DNA from: Macrostomum lignano
Lineage: Eukaryota
Length of the DNA: 64,000 nucleotides
Direction of reading: 5' to 3'
Assembly (NCBI GenBank): GCA_002269645.1
Contig: NIVC01000142.1
Location: forward strand, 124,001 to 188,000
Position numbers and translations under genes: made by a program. The notes below the pieces were generated by a model. The model made no database searches. It saw only the letters and a program-made list of their open reading frames with translations, and had not been told where the DNA came from. This document shows, piece by piece, positions 53,701-64,000 of the stretch; within the stretch, counting starts at the first letter, position 1, and every line of letters starts with the position of its first letter.

Positions 53701-54649
53701 GGCTGTCTGCACTGCAATACTGCAGAAGGAGAACCACATTTTCCAGCTGGAGTTAAGAAATCGCTGCTTCTCAAATTCCGAAGCAGTCAGTGAGTCAGCA
53801 GCCCCTTTGCCCTATAGAACCTCACGGTCAGGCTAGAATCTTGCGGTCTTGAGCGCTTCCACCCCTCCGATTAAGTCAGGCCGGCCCCGACAAAGGAGAA
53901 CGCAATTGAATTACCACTCAGTGACGGGGGGGGGGTCATTTGCGACCCACTGCAGCACTGCTGCTCCGGGTCGGGAACAGAGTTCCTGAATGTGTCTTCT
54001 AGGAATTCCTGGAATTAATCCGATTTGCGCGACATTACAAACTAGTAGGTCGAACTTCTCTGCCCTTCTCTCCATCTTTCCCTTCTCAAATTCGTCTACA
54101 AAGTCCGAAACGCACTTCAAGATGCATCGGTCAAAACTTTTTTATTTGAAATTTCCTTCCTTCATCTTGGGAACACGCGAAAAAACTAGAAAAAATGGCT
54201 TAATCCCCAGAGCATAACGTTTCTTCCAAGTTCAAGACTCTTGGCTGAATTTCTATAAGTTGAGTATTGCGCAATGACGTGCTTAAGCAAGCGCGTCGTG
54301 AGCTCATCCAGATCCCTTAGTTATAATAAATCTGCAGGCCCCAGCTTCTTAAAAATGAAGCGGAACCTAATGCAGAAAGTGCTCGGTTCACTGACTGCCT
54401 TTATTACTGGCTGACTTGGCCCGCCAAGCCTTCTCGCTTTTCTTTCAAACTCAGTCAAAACCCTCCGCGCCTGGGATTAACGAGCGGCCAGGCATTAGAA
54501 AAAAAAACTTTGACATCGGGTGGCCAATCAGAGACGTGGAAGACTTGGGGGGGGTTTGGCACAGCGGGTCTGAGACCAAAAGCTTATTAGTGACCCCTGA
54601 TTCTGGGCCCTGACACTTGCGGAGCTGCAGCCAGCATTCGAGCACAAGG

Positions 54650-57600
54650 ATGAAGCCGGCAGACAGTCTTGGCGCTGCAGCCCCGACGGCGCACTGGTGC
54701 CTCACGCTGCTACTGGCTCTGTCCCTGGCCTTCCTGGCCTGGCGAACCGTCGTTATGGACGCTCAGATTCGGGCCATCGCTGAATCGTTGGACGCCGCCG
54801 CCGTCAATGCTTCATTGAGCGACGATGCCGGCCTTCACCTGTGGATCAGCGGCGGCTCCGCGCGTCCGCAGCTGCGGATGCGACGCAGTGTTGGCCGGCG
54901 AAGAGGTCTTCAAGACGGCGACGGCCGCTGGTTGGATGCCGTCAGCAGATTCAGGGTGAGACCGGGCAGCTCTGCTCGATCGGCTGGTGGCTGCGCCCTA
55001 GATTCTTAGAGTACACCAATGAGCCCTCCTAGATTATTATGGTACACCAAATGAGTCCTCCTAGATTCTTAGGGTACACCGATGAGTCCTCCTAGATTCT
55101 TAGAGTGCACCGATGAGCCCTCCTAGATTCTTAGAGTGCACCGATGAGTCCTCCTAGATTCTTAGGGTACACCGATGAGTCCTACTAGATTCTTAGAGTG
55201 CACCGATGAGTCCTCCTAGATTCTTAGGGTACACCGATGAGCCCTCCTAGATTCTAAGAGTACACCGATGAGCCCTCCTAGATTCTTAGGATACACCAAT
55301 GAGTCCTCCTAGATTCTTAGGATACACCAATGAGCCCTCCTAGATTCTTAGGATACACCAATGAGCCCTCCTAGATTCTTAGGATACACCGATGAGCCCT
55401 CCTAGATTCTTAGAGTACACTGATGAGCCCTCCTAGATTCTTAGGATACACCGATGAGCCCTCCTAGATTCTTAGGATACACCGATGAGTCCTACTAGAT
55501 TCTTAGAGTGCACCGATGAGTCCTCCTAGATTCTTAGGGTACACCGATGAGCCCTCCTAGATTCTAAGAGTACACCGATGAGCCCTCCTAGATTCTTAGG
55601 ATACACCAATGAGTCCTCCTAGATTCTTAGGATACACCAATGAGCCCTCCTAGATTCTTAGGATACACCGATGAGCCCTCCTAGATTCTTAGAGTACACT
55701 GATGAGCCCTCCTAGATTCTTAGGATACACCGATGAGCCCTCCTAGATTCTTAGGATACACCAATGAGCCCTCCTAGATTCTTAGAGTACACCGATGAGC
55801 CCTCCTAGATTCTTAGGGTACACCGATGAGCTTCCTAGATTCTTAGAGTGCACCGATGAGTCCTCCTAGATTCTTAGGGTACACCGATGAGCCCTCCTAG
55901 ATTCTTAGGGTACACCGATGAGTCCTCCTAGATTCTTAGAGTGCACCGATGAGTCCTCCTAGATTCTTAGAGTGCACCGATGAGTCCTCCTAGATTCTTA
56001 GAGTGCACCGATGAGCCCTAGCTTATTATGGTACACCAATGAGCCCTCCTAGATTCTTAGGGTACACCGATGAGCCCTCCTAGATTCTTAGGATACACCA
56101 ATGAGCCCTCCTAGATTCTTAGGGTACACCGATGAGCCCTCCTAGGTTCTTAGGATACACCGATGAGCCCTCCTAGATTCTTAGGGTACACCGATGAGTC
56201 CTCCTAGATTCTTAGAGTACACCGATGAGCCCTCCTAGATTCTTAGGGTACACCGATGAGCCCTCCTAGATTCTTAGGGTACACCGATGAGTCCTCCTAG
56301 ATTCTTAGAGTGCACCGATGAGTCCTCCTAGATTCTTAGAGTGCACCGATGAGCCCTAGCTTATTATGGTACACCAATGAGCCCTCCTAGATTCTTAGGG
56401 TACACCGATGAGCCCTCCTAGATTCTTAGGATACACCAATGAGCCCTCCTAGATTCTTAGGGTACACCAATGAGACCTCCTAGATTCTTAGGGTACACCG
56501 ATGAGTCCTCCTAGATTCTTAGAGTACACCGATGAGCCCTCCTAGATTCTTAGGGTACACCGATGAGCCCTCCTAGATTCTTAGGGTACACCGATGAGTC
56601 CTCCTAGATTCTTAGAGTGCACCGATGAGTCCTCCTAGATTCTTAGAGTGCACCGATGAGCCCTAGCTTATTATGGTACACCAATGAGCCCTCCTAGATT
56701 CTTAGGATACACCAATGAGCCCTCCTAGATTCTTAGGATACACCGATGAGCCCTCCTAGATTCTTAGGATACACCAATGAGCCCTCCTAGATTCTTAGGG
56801 TACACCAATGAGACCTCCTAGATTCTTAGGGTACACCGATGAGCCCTCCTAGATTCTTAGGATACACCGATGAGCCCTCCTAGATTCTTAGGGTACACCG
56901 ATGAGCCCTCCTAGATTCTTAGGGTACACCGATGAGTCCTCCTAGATTCTTAGGGTACACCGATGAGTCCTCCTAGATTCTTAGGGTACACCGATGAGTC
57001 CTCCTAGATTCTTAGGGTACACCGATGAGTCCTCCTAGATTCTTAGGGTACACCGATGAGTCCTCCTAGATTCTTAGAGTACACCGATGAGCCCTCCTAG
57101 ATTCTTAGGGTACACCGATGAGCCCTACTAGATTCTTAGGGTACACCGATGAGCCCTCCTAGATTCTTAGGGTACACCGATGAGCCCTACTAGATTCTTA
57201 GGGTACACCGATGAGCCCTACTAGATGCAATGCGAAGTTAAGTGTCTTGCTCAAGGACACAAATTGTGTCCAAGAATAAAACAATAATATAAACTGAAAT
57301 TCTGTTTTGTCGATTAGCAGCAGTGCTTATCAAAGCTTCAACTGACTGGCGATTGCGCAATCAATCAGCTGCAGCTTCGTTGCAGCTTGCTCAGTTGGTC
57401 GTAAAAAAGGGACTGATTGATTAAAGATTTTAGCGCATTGACTGAAAAGAGTTCAAAGAAAATGACTCAACAGTCTGAATGAAAAAGTTGCAGAAAGTGG
57501 AAATATTCCTTTATTTAGATTGGAAAAAATATTTACCTTTTAATATACAACGTGCAGAAAAACATGGTGCTACTGTGAACAGGTAGAACAGGTGCAGTAG

Positions 57601-60600
57601 TGCTAAGGACAGGTAGAACAGGTGAAGTAGTGCTAAGGACAGGTAGAACAGGTGAAGTAGTGCTAAGGACAGGTAGAACAGGTGCAGTAGTGATAAGCAC
57701 CGGTAGATCAGGTGGAGTAGTGCTATGGACAGGTAGAACAGGTGCAGTAGTGCTATGGACAGGTAGAACAGGTGCAGTAGTGCTAAGGACAGGTAGAACA
57801 GGTGCAGTAGTGATAAGCACCGGTAGATCAGGTGGAGTAGTGCTATGGACAGGTAGAACAGGTGCAGTAGTGCTAAGGACAGGTAGAACAGGTGCAGTAG
57901 TGATAAGCACCGGTAGATCAGGTGGAGTAGTGCTATGGACAGGTAGAACAGGTGCAGTAGTGCTAAGGACAGGTAGAACAGGTGCAGTAGTGCTAAGGAC
58001 AGGTAGAACAGGTGCAGTAGTGCTAAGGACAGGTAGAACAGGTGCAGTAGTGCTGTGGACCGGTAGAACAGGTGCAGTAGTGCTATAGACCGGTAGAACA
58101 GGTGCAGTAGTGCTATGGACAGGTAGAACAGGTGCAGTAGTGCTAAGGACAGGTAGAACAGGTGAAGTAGTGCTAAGGACAGGTAGAACAGGTGCAGTAG
58201 TGCTAAGGACAGGTAGAACAGGTGCAGTAGTGCTATGGACCGGTATAACAGGTGCAGTCGTGCTATGGACCGGTAGAACAGGTGCAGTAGTGATATGGAC
58301 CGGTAGAACAGGTGCAGTCGTGCTATGGACCGGTAGAACAGGTGCAGTAGTGCTATGGACCGGTATAACAGGTGGAGTAGTGCTATGGACCGGTAGAACA
58401 GGTGCAGTAGTGATATGGACCGGTAGAACAGGTGCAGTAGTGCTATGGACCGGTAGAACAGGTGCAGTCGTGCTATGGACCGGTATAACAGGTGGAGTAG
58501 TGCTATGAACAGGTAGAACAGGTGCACCAGAAGATGAAGCAAGATCGAAGAGTAGAAGGCTGTGTGCCTGGATAGAAGCGCCAAAGCTACCAAAACTTTA
58601 AGTTACCAAAAGGAGCTTTCAGAGCAAGGTTATTTAAGCCGTCAAGCTTAACTATTCTACTCAACACCTTCCTCATTTGCGAGTCCAATGCATCAATTTT
58701 GCCGCCTCATCAACCCTGTTTAAAAATGCCCAGATGCTCGTGTCGTTGCTAACGAGACTAAGCCTCTCTCCACTTACTCGAGGGAAGGTTTGGAGCAAAG
58801 ACAGAGATTAACCTTCCTGAGCCAATGGCTTAACCAAACCAAAACCTACTATTATAGTGGGGAGGGCAACGGACATCAAGGTGTTGAAGAGGCGATGGGG
58901 CTAGCAACAAAAAAGGTTTGGAAGAATAAGCTGCTAAATAAACGAAGCACTCTGAGCGTAAAAAAAAGGCAGCCAAAACTGCCAATACCGCAGCTTCCCA
59001 ATTTTGCATTCAAGGGCGGAGCACTTGACAGCACGGCCCTCTTCAACTGAAAACTCGGGAATCTCCCCAGTTTCCTGAACTTGATCCCAATGGCAGGGGA
59101 AGCTGAATAAGTTTATTCCCGCCCGCCATCAGGCGGCTGCGTGCGGAAGCGCCGATCTGAGAGCTGGCCACTTGTGCAGACGGCAGAGCGGGGTTGAGGA
59201 CAGGGAACCAATATTCAGCGCCATGTGGCAAGGGCATTCTAGAGTTTCCAATCGCTATTCAACAGCCCAAGGTGGAGATTTCCTTCACATTCTTTAGTTC
59301 TGAGCGTATAGCGTCAAGCATTTCCAACAAGCCGGCTGCAATGCAAACTGAAGCTTTTAGGACTTTTTATGATGGCTGATAAACTACGCTCATAAACTTG
59401 TTCATAGTTTACAATATGGCTCGCTAACAATGCCCAGGTTGCCGACTTGAAGTCCATCTGTGTTGCCGTGTCCGAGGCCTGCGCTGTGAAGCACCGGGCC
59501 CGCAGTGCGAGGAATTCTAAGCGTGAGGACTTTTTGAATGTTTTGCTTGTCGAGATTCAAATTGCTCCGACCCAGCCCTTCAAACCCAGCCCTTCAAACT
59601 CAGCCCTTCAAACCCAGCCCTTCAAACCCAGCCCTTCAAACCCAGCCCTTTAAACCCAGCCCTTCAAACTTAGCCCTTCAAACCCAGCCCTTCAAACCCA
59701 ACCCCTCAAACCCAATCCCTCAAACCCAATCCCTCAAACCCAATCCCTCAAACCCAACCCCTCAAACCCAATCCCTCAAACCCAACCCCTCAAACCCAAT
59801 CCCTCAAACCCAATCCCTCAAACCCAACCCCTCAAACCCAATCCCTCAAACCCAATCCCTCAAACCCAACCCCTCAAACCCAATCCCTCAAACCCAACCC
59901 CTCAAACCCAACCCCTCAAACCCAACCCCTCAAACTCACCCCTTCAAACCCGAAATTTCAAACCCAACCCCTTAAACCCAACCCCTCAACCACAAACCCT
60001 CAAACCCAATCTTTCAAACTCAACCCCTTAAACCGAACCCCTCAAACTCATATCCTCAAACCCAATCCCTCAAACCCAACCCCTCAAACCCAACCCCTCA
60101 AACCCAACTCCTCAAACCCAACTCCTCAACCACAAACCCTCAAACCCAATCTTTCAAACTCAACCCCTTAAACCCAACCGCTCAAACTTATCGCTCTCAA
60201 GCCAATTCCCTCAAGCCAAAACCTCAAAACCGCTAAGGTCTTTCACTTAAAGATAGACGAGAACCCGATTTGGCCTGACGAAAGAGACCCGAATCTCTTT
60301 CCAGCGAAGTCAACCACCCAATCCGCTGCTTTGGGCCGCCCTGGGCCGCCCGGACCAAAGGGCGACAAAGGCGACAAAGGCGACATGGGCGAGCGCGGTC
60401 TGCTCGGCCCCATCGGGCTGCCCGGCAAGATGGGACCCCGAGGCGTCCAAGGTCCCAAAGGCGAACCGGGCGACTCTTTCAGACCAAGTGAGCCGCCTGG
60501 CTTGTTTTTTTATCGTAAAAACTCGCAAAGAATCCTAACCAATTGATGCTCAATTTACTCGTAAACCCATTTTTAACCTATTTCAGGCAACATGAAGTGT

Positions 60601-62046
60601 AGAGTTGACTACCAGGGCGAGACCGTGTGCAGCTACAGGGATTCCAACAACAATCTGGTTAACATGCGGAGCCGGGGAGAGAAGCAGTGGCAGCCAGAGC
60701 CCTGGTGTCCTTGTAAGTGGCATTGAGAAATGCTGTGTTACTTGTATTGCGGTGGGTGTGGATTGGGGTGGGTGTGGATTGGGGTGGGTGTGGATTGGGG
60801 TGGGTGTGGATTGGGGTGGGTGTGGATTGGGGTGGGTGTAGATTGGGGTGGGTGTGGATTGAGGTGGGTGTGGATTGGGATGGGTGTGGATTGGGGTGGG
60901 TGTGGATTGGGGTGGGTGTGGATTGGGGTGGGTGTTGATTGGGGTGGGTGTGGATTGGGGTGGGTGTGGAATGGGGTGAGCTCTGCTGAATGCGTTTTGG
61001 GTGTGGATGGATTGGTGTCACCATGGGGTGTTATAATACAACCCAGTATATCTAATAGTATCGCATATTAATTTCTCATTAACCGTATCTGTGTTTATTC
61101 TTCCACCAATCGCAGGCCAAAAAGGCGAGCCGGGCGACCGAGGCCTGGTCGGGCTACGCGGCGAGAAAGGCGAGCCGGGGGTGTGCAACAGGGCCTGCTT
61201 TAACGGTGAGACAGGAATTTCGCTGCTTGAATTTATGGCTTTTTAAAGATTCAAGAAATCGTTGTAAGGGATTTCAAGAGACGAAATCGCATACAGGCTA
61301 TTACAAACTTACAGGCTGTTACAGACTTACAGGCTATTACAGGTTTACAGGCTAGTACAGACTTACAGGCTATTACGGACTTACAGGCTATTACAGACTT
61401 ACAGGCTATTACAGACTTACAGGCTATTACAGACTTACAGGCTATTACAGACTTACAGGCTTACAGACTCTATGGGGTTACAGACTTACAGGCTTAGACT
61501 ATTGGACTTAATAATAATAAATAATTGAATACACCTGCCCTAATGGGCAGACGTGCAACCGACAGCTCAGCCGCAGCTATTGCGCGGCGCATCTGAAGGC
61601 TGCGTACGGCTGTTCAGTCCAAGGACTGGGGGGTCGCCACACACAGCCTCAATTACCCCAGCTAATGCTGGCACCCATTTTACAGCTGGGTGAGCTGAAG
61701 CAATGCAGAGTTACGTGTCTTGCTCAAGGACGCAAATTGTTCCAGCGGGATCGGGAATCGAACCCCCGGCCCCCGACCTTCAAGTCATGGTCCGATGCTC
61801 TAACCACTGGGCTAAAACCCTCTTGTATATGGGCTTACAGACTACAAGCTCTTGCAGAATTCCAGCGCTTAAAGACAAGGAGCTCTTACAGACTACTAAA
61901 AATAGTATCTAAAATGGATTTAATGCGCTGCACTCATTGCAGAGCCGCCGGTCCAGCCATCAAAGACCAACGGGTCCCCCGGGCTGACCAACTGCAGCTA
62001 CGCTTCTTTGCTAATCCTCCTGCAGCTCTGCTTTTTAGCCATCTGA
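54650..62046 (+). CDS. Small membrane collagen, about 286 aa: N-terminal TM/signal anchor, furin site, two Gly-X-Y segments, C-terminal hydrophobic GPI-like tail; join(54650-54955,60253-60487,60587-60712,61116-61205,61943-62046)
   Basis: Exon 1 has [20 protein letters not shown]|S and donor AGG|gtgaga. Exon 2 has 16 Gly-X-Y triplets (GRP...GDS) and exon 4 has 7. Phases 0,1,1,1 are consistent. The last exon is [34 protein letters not shown], with AATAAA at 62223. The exon 2 acceptor is the least certain junction. Confidence 0.75.
54998..57225. repeat. 31-bp minisatellite (gatgagccctcctagattcttagggtacacc), collagen intron 1
   Basis: Tandem copies with recurring variant blocks. Confidence 0.96.
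57227..57266 (-). mobile_element. Fragment of the same CORE-SINE family
   Basis: gcaatgcgaagttaagtgtcttgctcaaggacacaaattg matches the CORE segment of the 61.7-kb copy at 36 of 40 positions. Confidence 0.7.
57575..58527. repeat. 30-bp minisatellite (gtgcagtagtgctaaggacaggtagaacag)
   Basis: Tandem copies. Confidence 0.95.
59570..60230. repeat. 14-bp minisatellite (aaacccagcccttc / aaacccaatccctc)
   Basis: Tandem copies. Confidence 0.92.
60749..60968. repeat. 16-bp G-rich minisatellite (ggattggggtgggtgt)
   Basis: Tandem copies in collagen intron 3. Confidence 0.94.
61288..61500. repeat. 18-bp minisatellite (acaggctattacagactt)
   Basis: Tandem copies in collagen intron 4. Confidence 0.9.
61509..61820 (-). 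mobile_element. tRNA-derived SINE with CORE (MIR-like) central domain
   Basis: On the minus strand: box A TAGCCCAGTGGTTAG, box B GGTTCGATTCCC, then gcgtccttgagcaagacacgtaac...cagctgtaaaatggg, resembling the MIR CORE (gtgaccttgggcaagtcacttaac...catctgtaaaatggg), and a (TTA)n tail. Confidence 0.75.
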
Positions 62047-62445
62047 GACAGCCGCCCCGCCTCAGCCTACCTGGGAGCACGCCCGATGTCCCACTCGTCA
62101 AATCATCATCCTCGAGTTTGTCTAAGTTCATTTTTAGCAGTAGCAAATCAACTAAAAATAATTTGCTCTATACTCGCTACTCATGCTACTGATAGTAGAG
62201 TTAGTAGGGGGATTGTGTATCGAATAAAAAACTAAATCATAATTTTAAATGTTTTTGTTACTCTAGCATGCCTTAAGAAGCCGCGTTATCAAAGTTCTGT
62301 TGAAATTCGTATTCATTAACCAATGAATGTTTTGCATAATAAACGGCTTTATTCACATTCTAATTTTACTCAAATTTTCACGATTGAATAAAACCAAATC
62401 AGAATGATCTATTTATATTTGTATTTGTATTAGAGTGAGTACATA

Positions 62446-62782
62446 GAGTCACACCAGAGTCACACCAGAGTCACACCCAAGTCACACCAGAGTCACACCA
62501 GAGTCACACCAGAGTCACACCCAAGTCACACCAGAGACACACCAGAGCCACACCAGAGTCACACCAGAGTCACACCCAAGTCACACCAGAGACACACCAG
62601 AGTCACACCAGAGTCACAACAGAGTCACACGAGAGTCACACCAGAGCCACACCAGAGCCACACCAGAGTACACCAGAGTCACACCAGTGTCACACGAGAG
62701 TCACACCAGAGTCACAAAAGTCATACCGGAGTCACCTAATTCACACCAGAGTCACTTAAGTCACACCAGAGTCACACCAGAG
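62446..62782. repeat. 11-bp minisatellite (gagtcacacca)
   Basis: Tandem copies. Confidence 0.92.
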
Positions 62783-62879
62783 AAGATGTGACTCCGTGGA
62801 ATATTCTCTTTTAGATAATCTGATCAGAATTAATACTCCTGTTTTGCATGCACCTACGCCGTACCAGCGCGGTGCCTAT

Positions 62880-63098
62880 GGGGCCGTAGCCCAGTGGTCT
62901 AACGCGGGCCTTTTTGTGCCTGCGGCCCAGGCTCGATTCCAAGTGCAGTCAAATTAATTTGAGGACTAGATTGGACTCTCGGCTTGGCTCTGCTCGTGCA
63001 ATCGAGGGCCACCCCTCCCCCCCCCCCAAGGCACAGTGAAGTGTACATGCCTAACGATAAATAAAGTTAGGGCTGTACACTCCTGTGTGAGTGTGTGC
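62880..63098 (+). mobile_element. tRNA-derived SINE-like element (second family)
   Basis: Box A TAGCCCAGTGG at 62887 and box B GGCTCGATTCC at 62930. There is no proper acceptor stem, and a non-tRNA body with a simple TG tail follows. Confidence 0.55.
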
Positions 63099-63107
63099 CT
63101 GTGCGTA

Positions 63108-63275
63108 TGACCAAGACCAGTCACCCCGGCCAATCACCCCGGCCAGTCACCCCGGCCAGTCACCTCGGCCAGTCAACCAGTCACTCAGGCCAGTCACCCC
63201 GGCCAGTCACCTCGGCCAGTCAACCAGTCACTCAGGCCAGTCACCCCGGCCAGTCACCTCGACCAATCACCCTCA
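63108..63275. repeat. 13-bp minisatellite (ccggccagtcacc), directly 3' of the DEG/ENaC stop codon
   Basis: Tandem copies abutting the stop codon. Confidence 0.9.
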
Positions 63276-63870
63276 GTCGGCCACCCCGCCAGCGTCAAAC
63301 TTTTGAACGCGGCCAGCAGCCGTAGCTGCCGCAGTCACCGCAGCCGCAGCAGGTGGCGCCTCTCCGCTGTCGCCGGCGCCATCAGAGCAGCCAAGCAGTC
63401 TCTTAAACAGGTAATAAATAAACTCGAGCAGCTCCACCGAAGTGATGACAGTCAGGCCTCCCCACAGAGAGAATGAGCCGCCGATCTGTGAGATCAACGC
63501 CTCCAGGGTGATCTGCAGTTTCTCCCGGGTCACCGTTCGGGCAAAATCCGGCCGGAACACCCGCAGCCGAAGGAAATTATCCCTGATGAGGTTGCCCTCC
63601 TCCGACTGCAGCAGGTCGGCGGCCTTGGCGGCCTGGCCGCTCTGCACGAGGCTGTCCAATCGGCTGTACACGCTGAACTTGCCAGCCAGCATGGAGTTGT
63701 TGCGCACTCTTAGCCTGTAGAAGTCCAGCTCGTTAGTTTTCGGCGGCCACAAAGATTGATAGGCGGTGCTTTTGAACGCCAGTGAGTGACAGGAGGCCGG
63801 GCAAGCGACGCCCGAGTCGCTAGCGATGAGGTTGCGCGGGTCCAGCTCCTGCTTCGAGGCGCAGTCATAG
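63273..63870 (-). CDS. DEG/ENaC (ASIC/FaNaC/ENaC family) channel, terminal exon with TM2; 5' exons lie beyond the window
   Basis: Acceptor ctacccgcag|C; ACPASCHS...QSLWP, IRDNFLRLRVF, then TM2 LISQIGGSFSLWGGLTVITSVELLEFIY, which aligns to ASIC LLGDIGGQMGLFIGASILT and alpha-ENaC LLSNLGSQWSLWFGSSVLS. Confidence 0.93.
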
Positions 63871-64000
63871 CTGCGGGTAGATAGAGGCGGATCTATAGAC
63901 TGACAATAGATCTACTTGTAAATGTATATAGACATTTACAATATGCATCTATAGACACAAAGAGCTCAGATCTATATACGATCACAGAGCCAAATGACCA

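Noticed and set aside
48966-53793. Long plus-strand ORFs (VVLWLSPEGL / WWLCYGCLLKD repeats)
   Set aside because: Translations of the 33-bp array with implausible composition, no gene context and mutually overlapping frames.
59110-59235. Extra collagen exon ([21 protein letters not shown]), gliomedin-like
   Set aside because: Weak acceptor and no phase-compatible donor; not needed for an open reading frame.
59570-60230. Interstitial telomeric repeat
   Set aside because: The unit is a 14-bp aaacccaatccctc-type motif, not (CCCTAA)n.
60295-60345. Alternative frame [12 protein letters not shown] before the first Gly-X-Y run
   Set aside because: It needs both a phase-2 upstream exon and a 1-nt deletion, whereas the 60253 acceptor already gives an uninterrupted frame. 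Worth rechecking with RNA-seq.
62880-62950. Functional tRNA gene
   Set aside because: A and B boxes are present but the acceptor stem does not pair and a SINE-like body follows. The same applies to 61750-61820 and 23280-23330.

Overview
Eukaryotic (metazoan, invertebrate) genomic DNA with spliceosomal GT-AG introns. It has no bacterial features, no CRISPR array and no intact tRNA or rRNA gene. GC-rich exons separated by minisatellite-filled introns suggest a free-living flatworm such as Macrostomum, but this is inference. Five protein genes could be assembled by hand with phase-consistent splice sites. (1) A nephrin/SYG-2/echinoid-like Ig-superfamily gene on the minus strand, 27902 to beyond position 1: signal peptide, 7 Ig domains and the start of an FN3 domain, with an apparent 1-nt frameshift in the Ig7 exon. 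(2) A divergent TTL/TTLL10-like tubulin ligase (+, 31031-33594) with short introns, one of only 37 nt. (3) An intronless class A peptide-type GPCR (-, 36633-38045). (4) A small collagen (+, 54650-62046, about 286 aa) with an N-terminal membrane anchor, a furin site and a C-terminal hydrophobic GPI-like tail. This double-anchor layout is the most unusual feature in the window. (5) The last exon of a DEG/ENaC channel (-, 63273-63870) with GLT in place of the G-x-S selectivity filter. The window also holds about 28 distinct tandem arrays, including a 4.7-kb 33-bp array with latent mucin-like frames. Mobile elements include a CORE-type tRNA-SINE, two other tRNA-SINE-like copies, a hAT-like non-autonomous element with an 8-bp TSD, and a possible Crypton-like fragment. 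Most ORFs in the supplied track are repeat or antisense artefacts.
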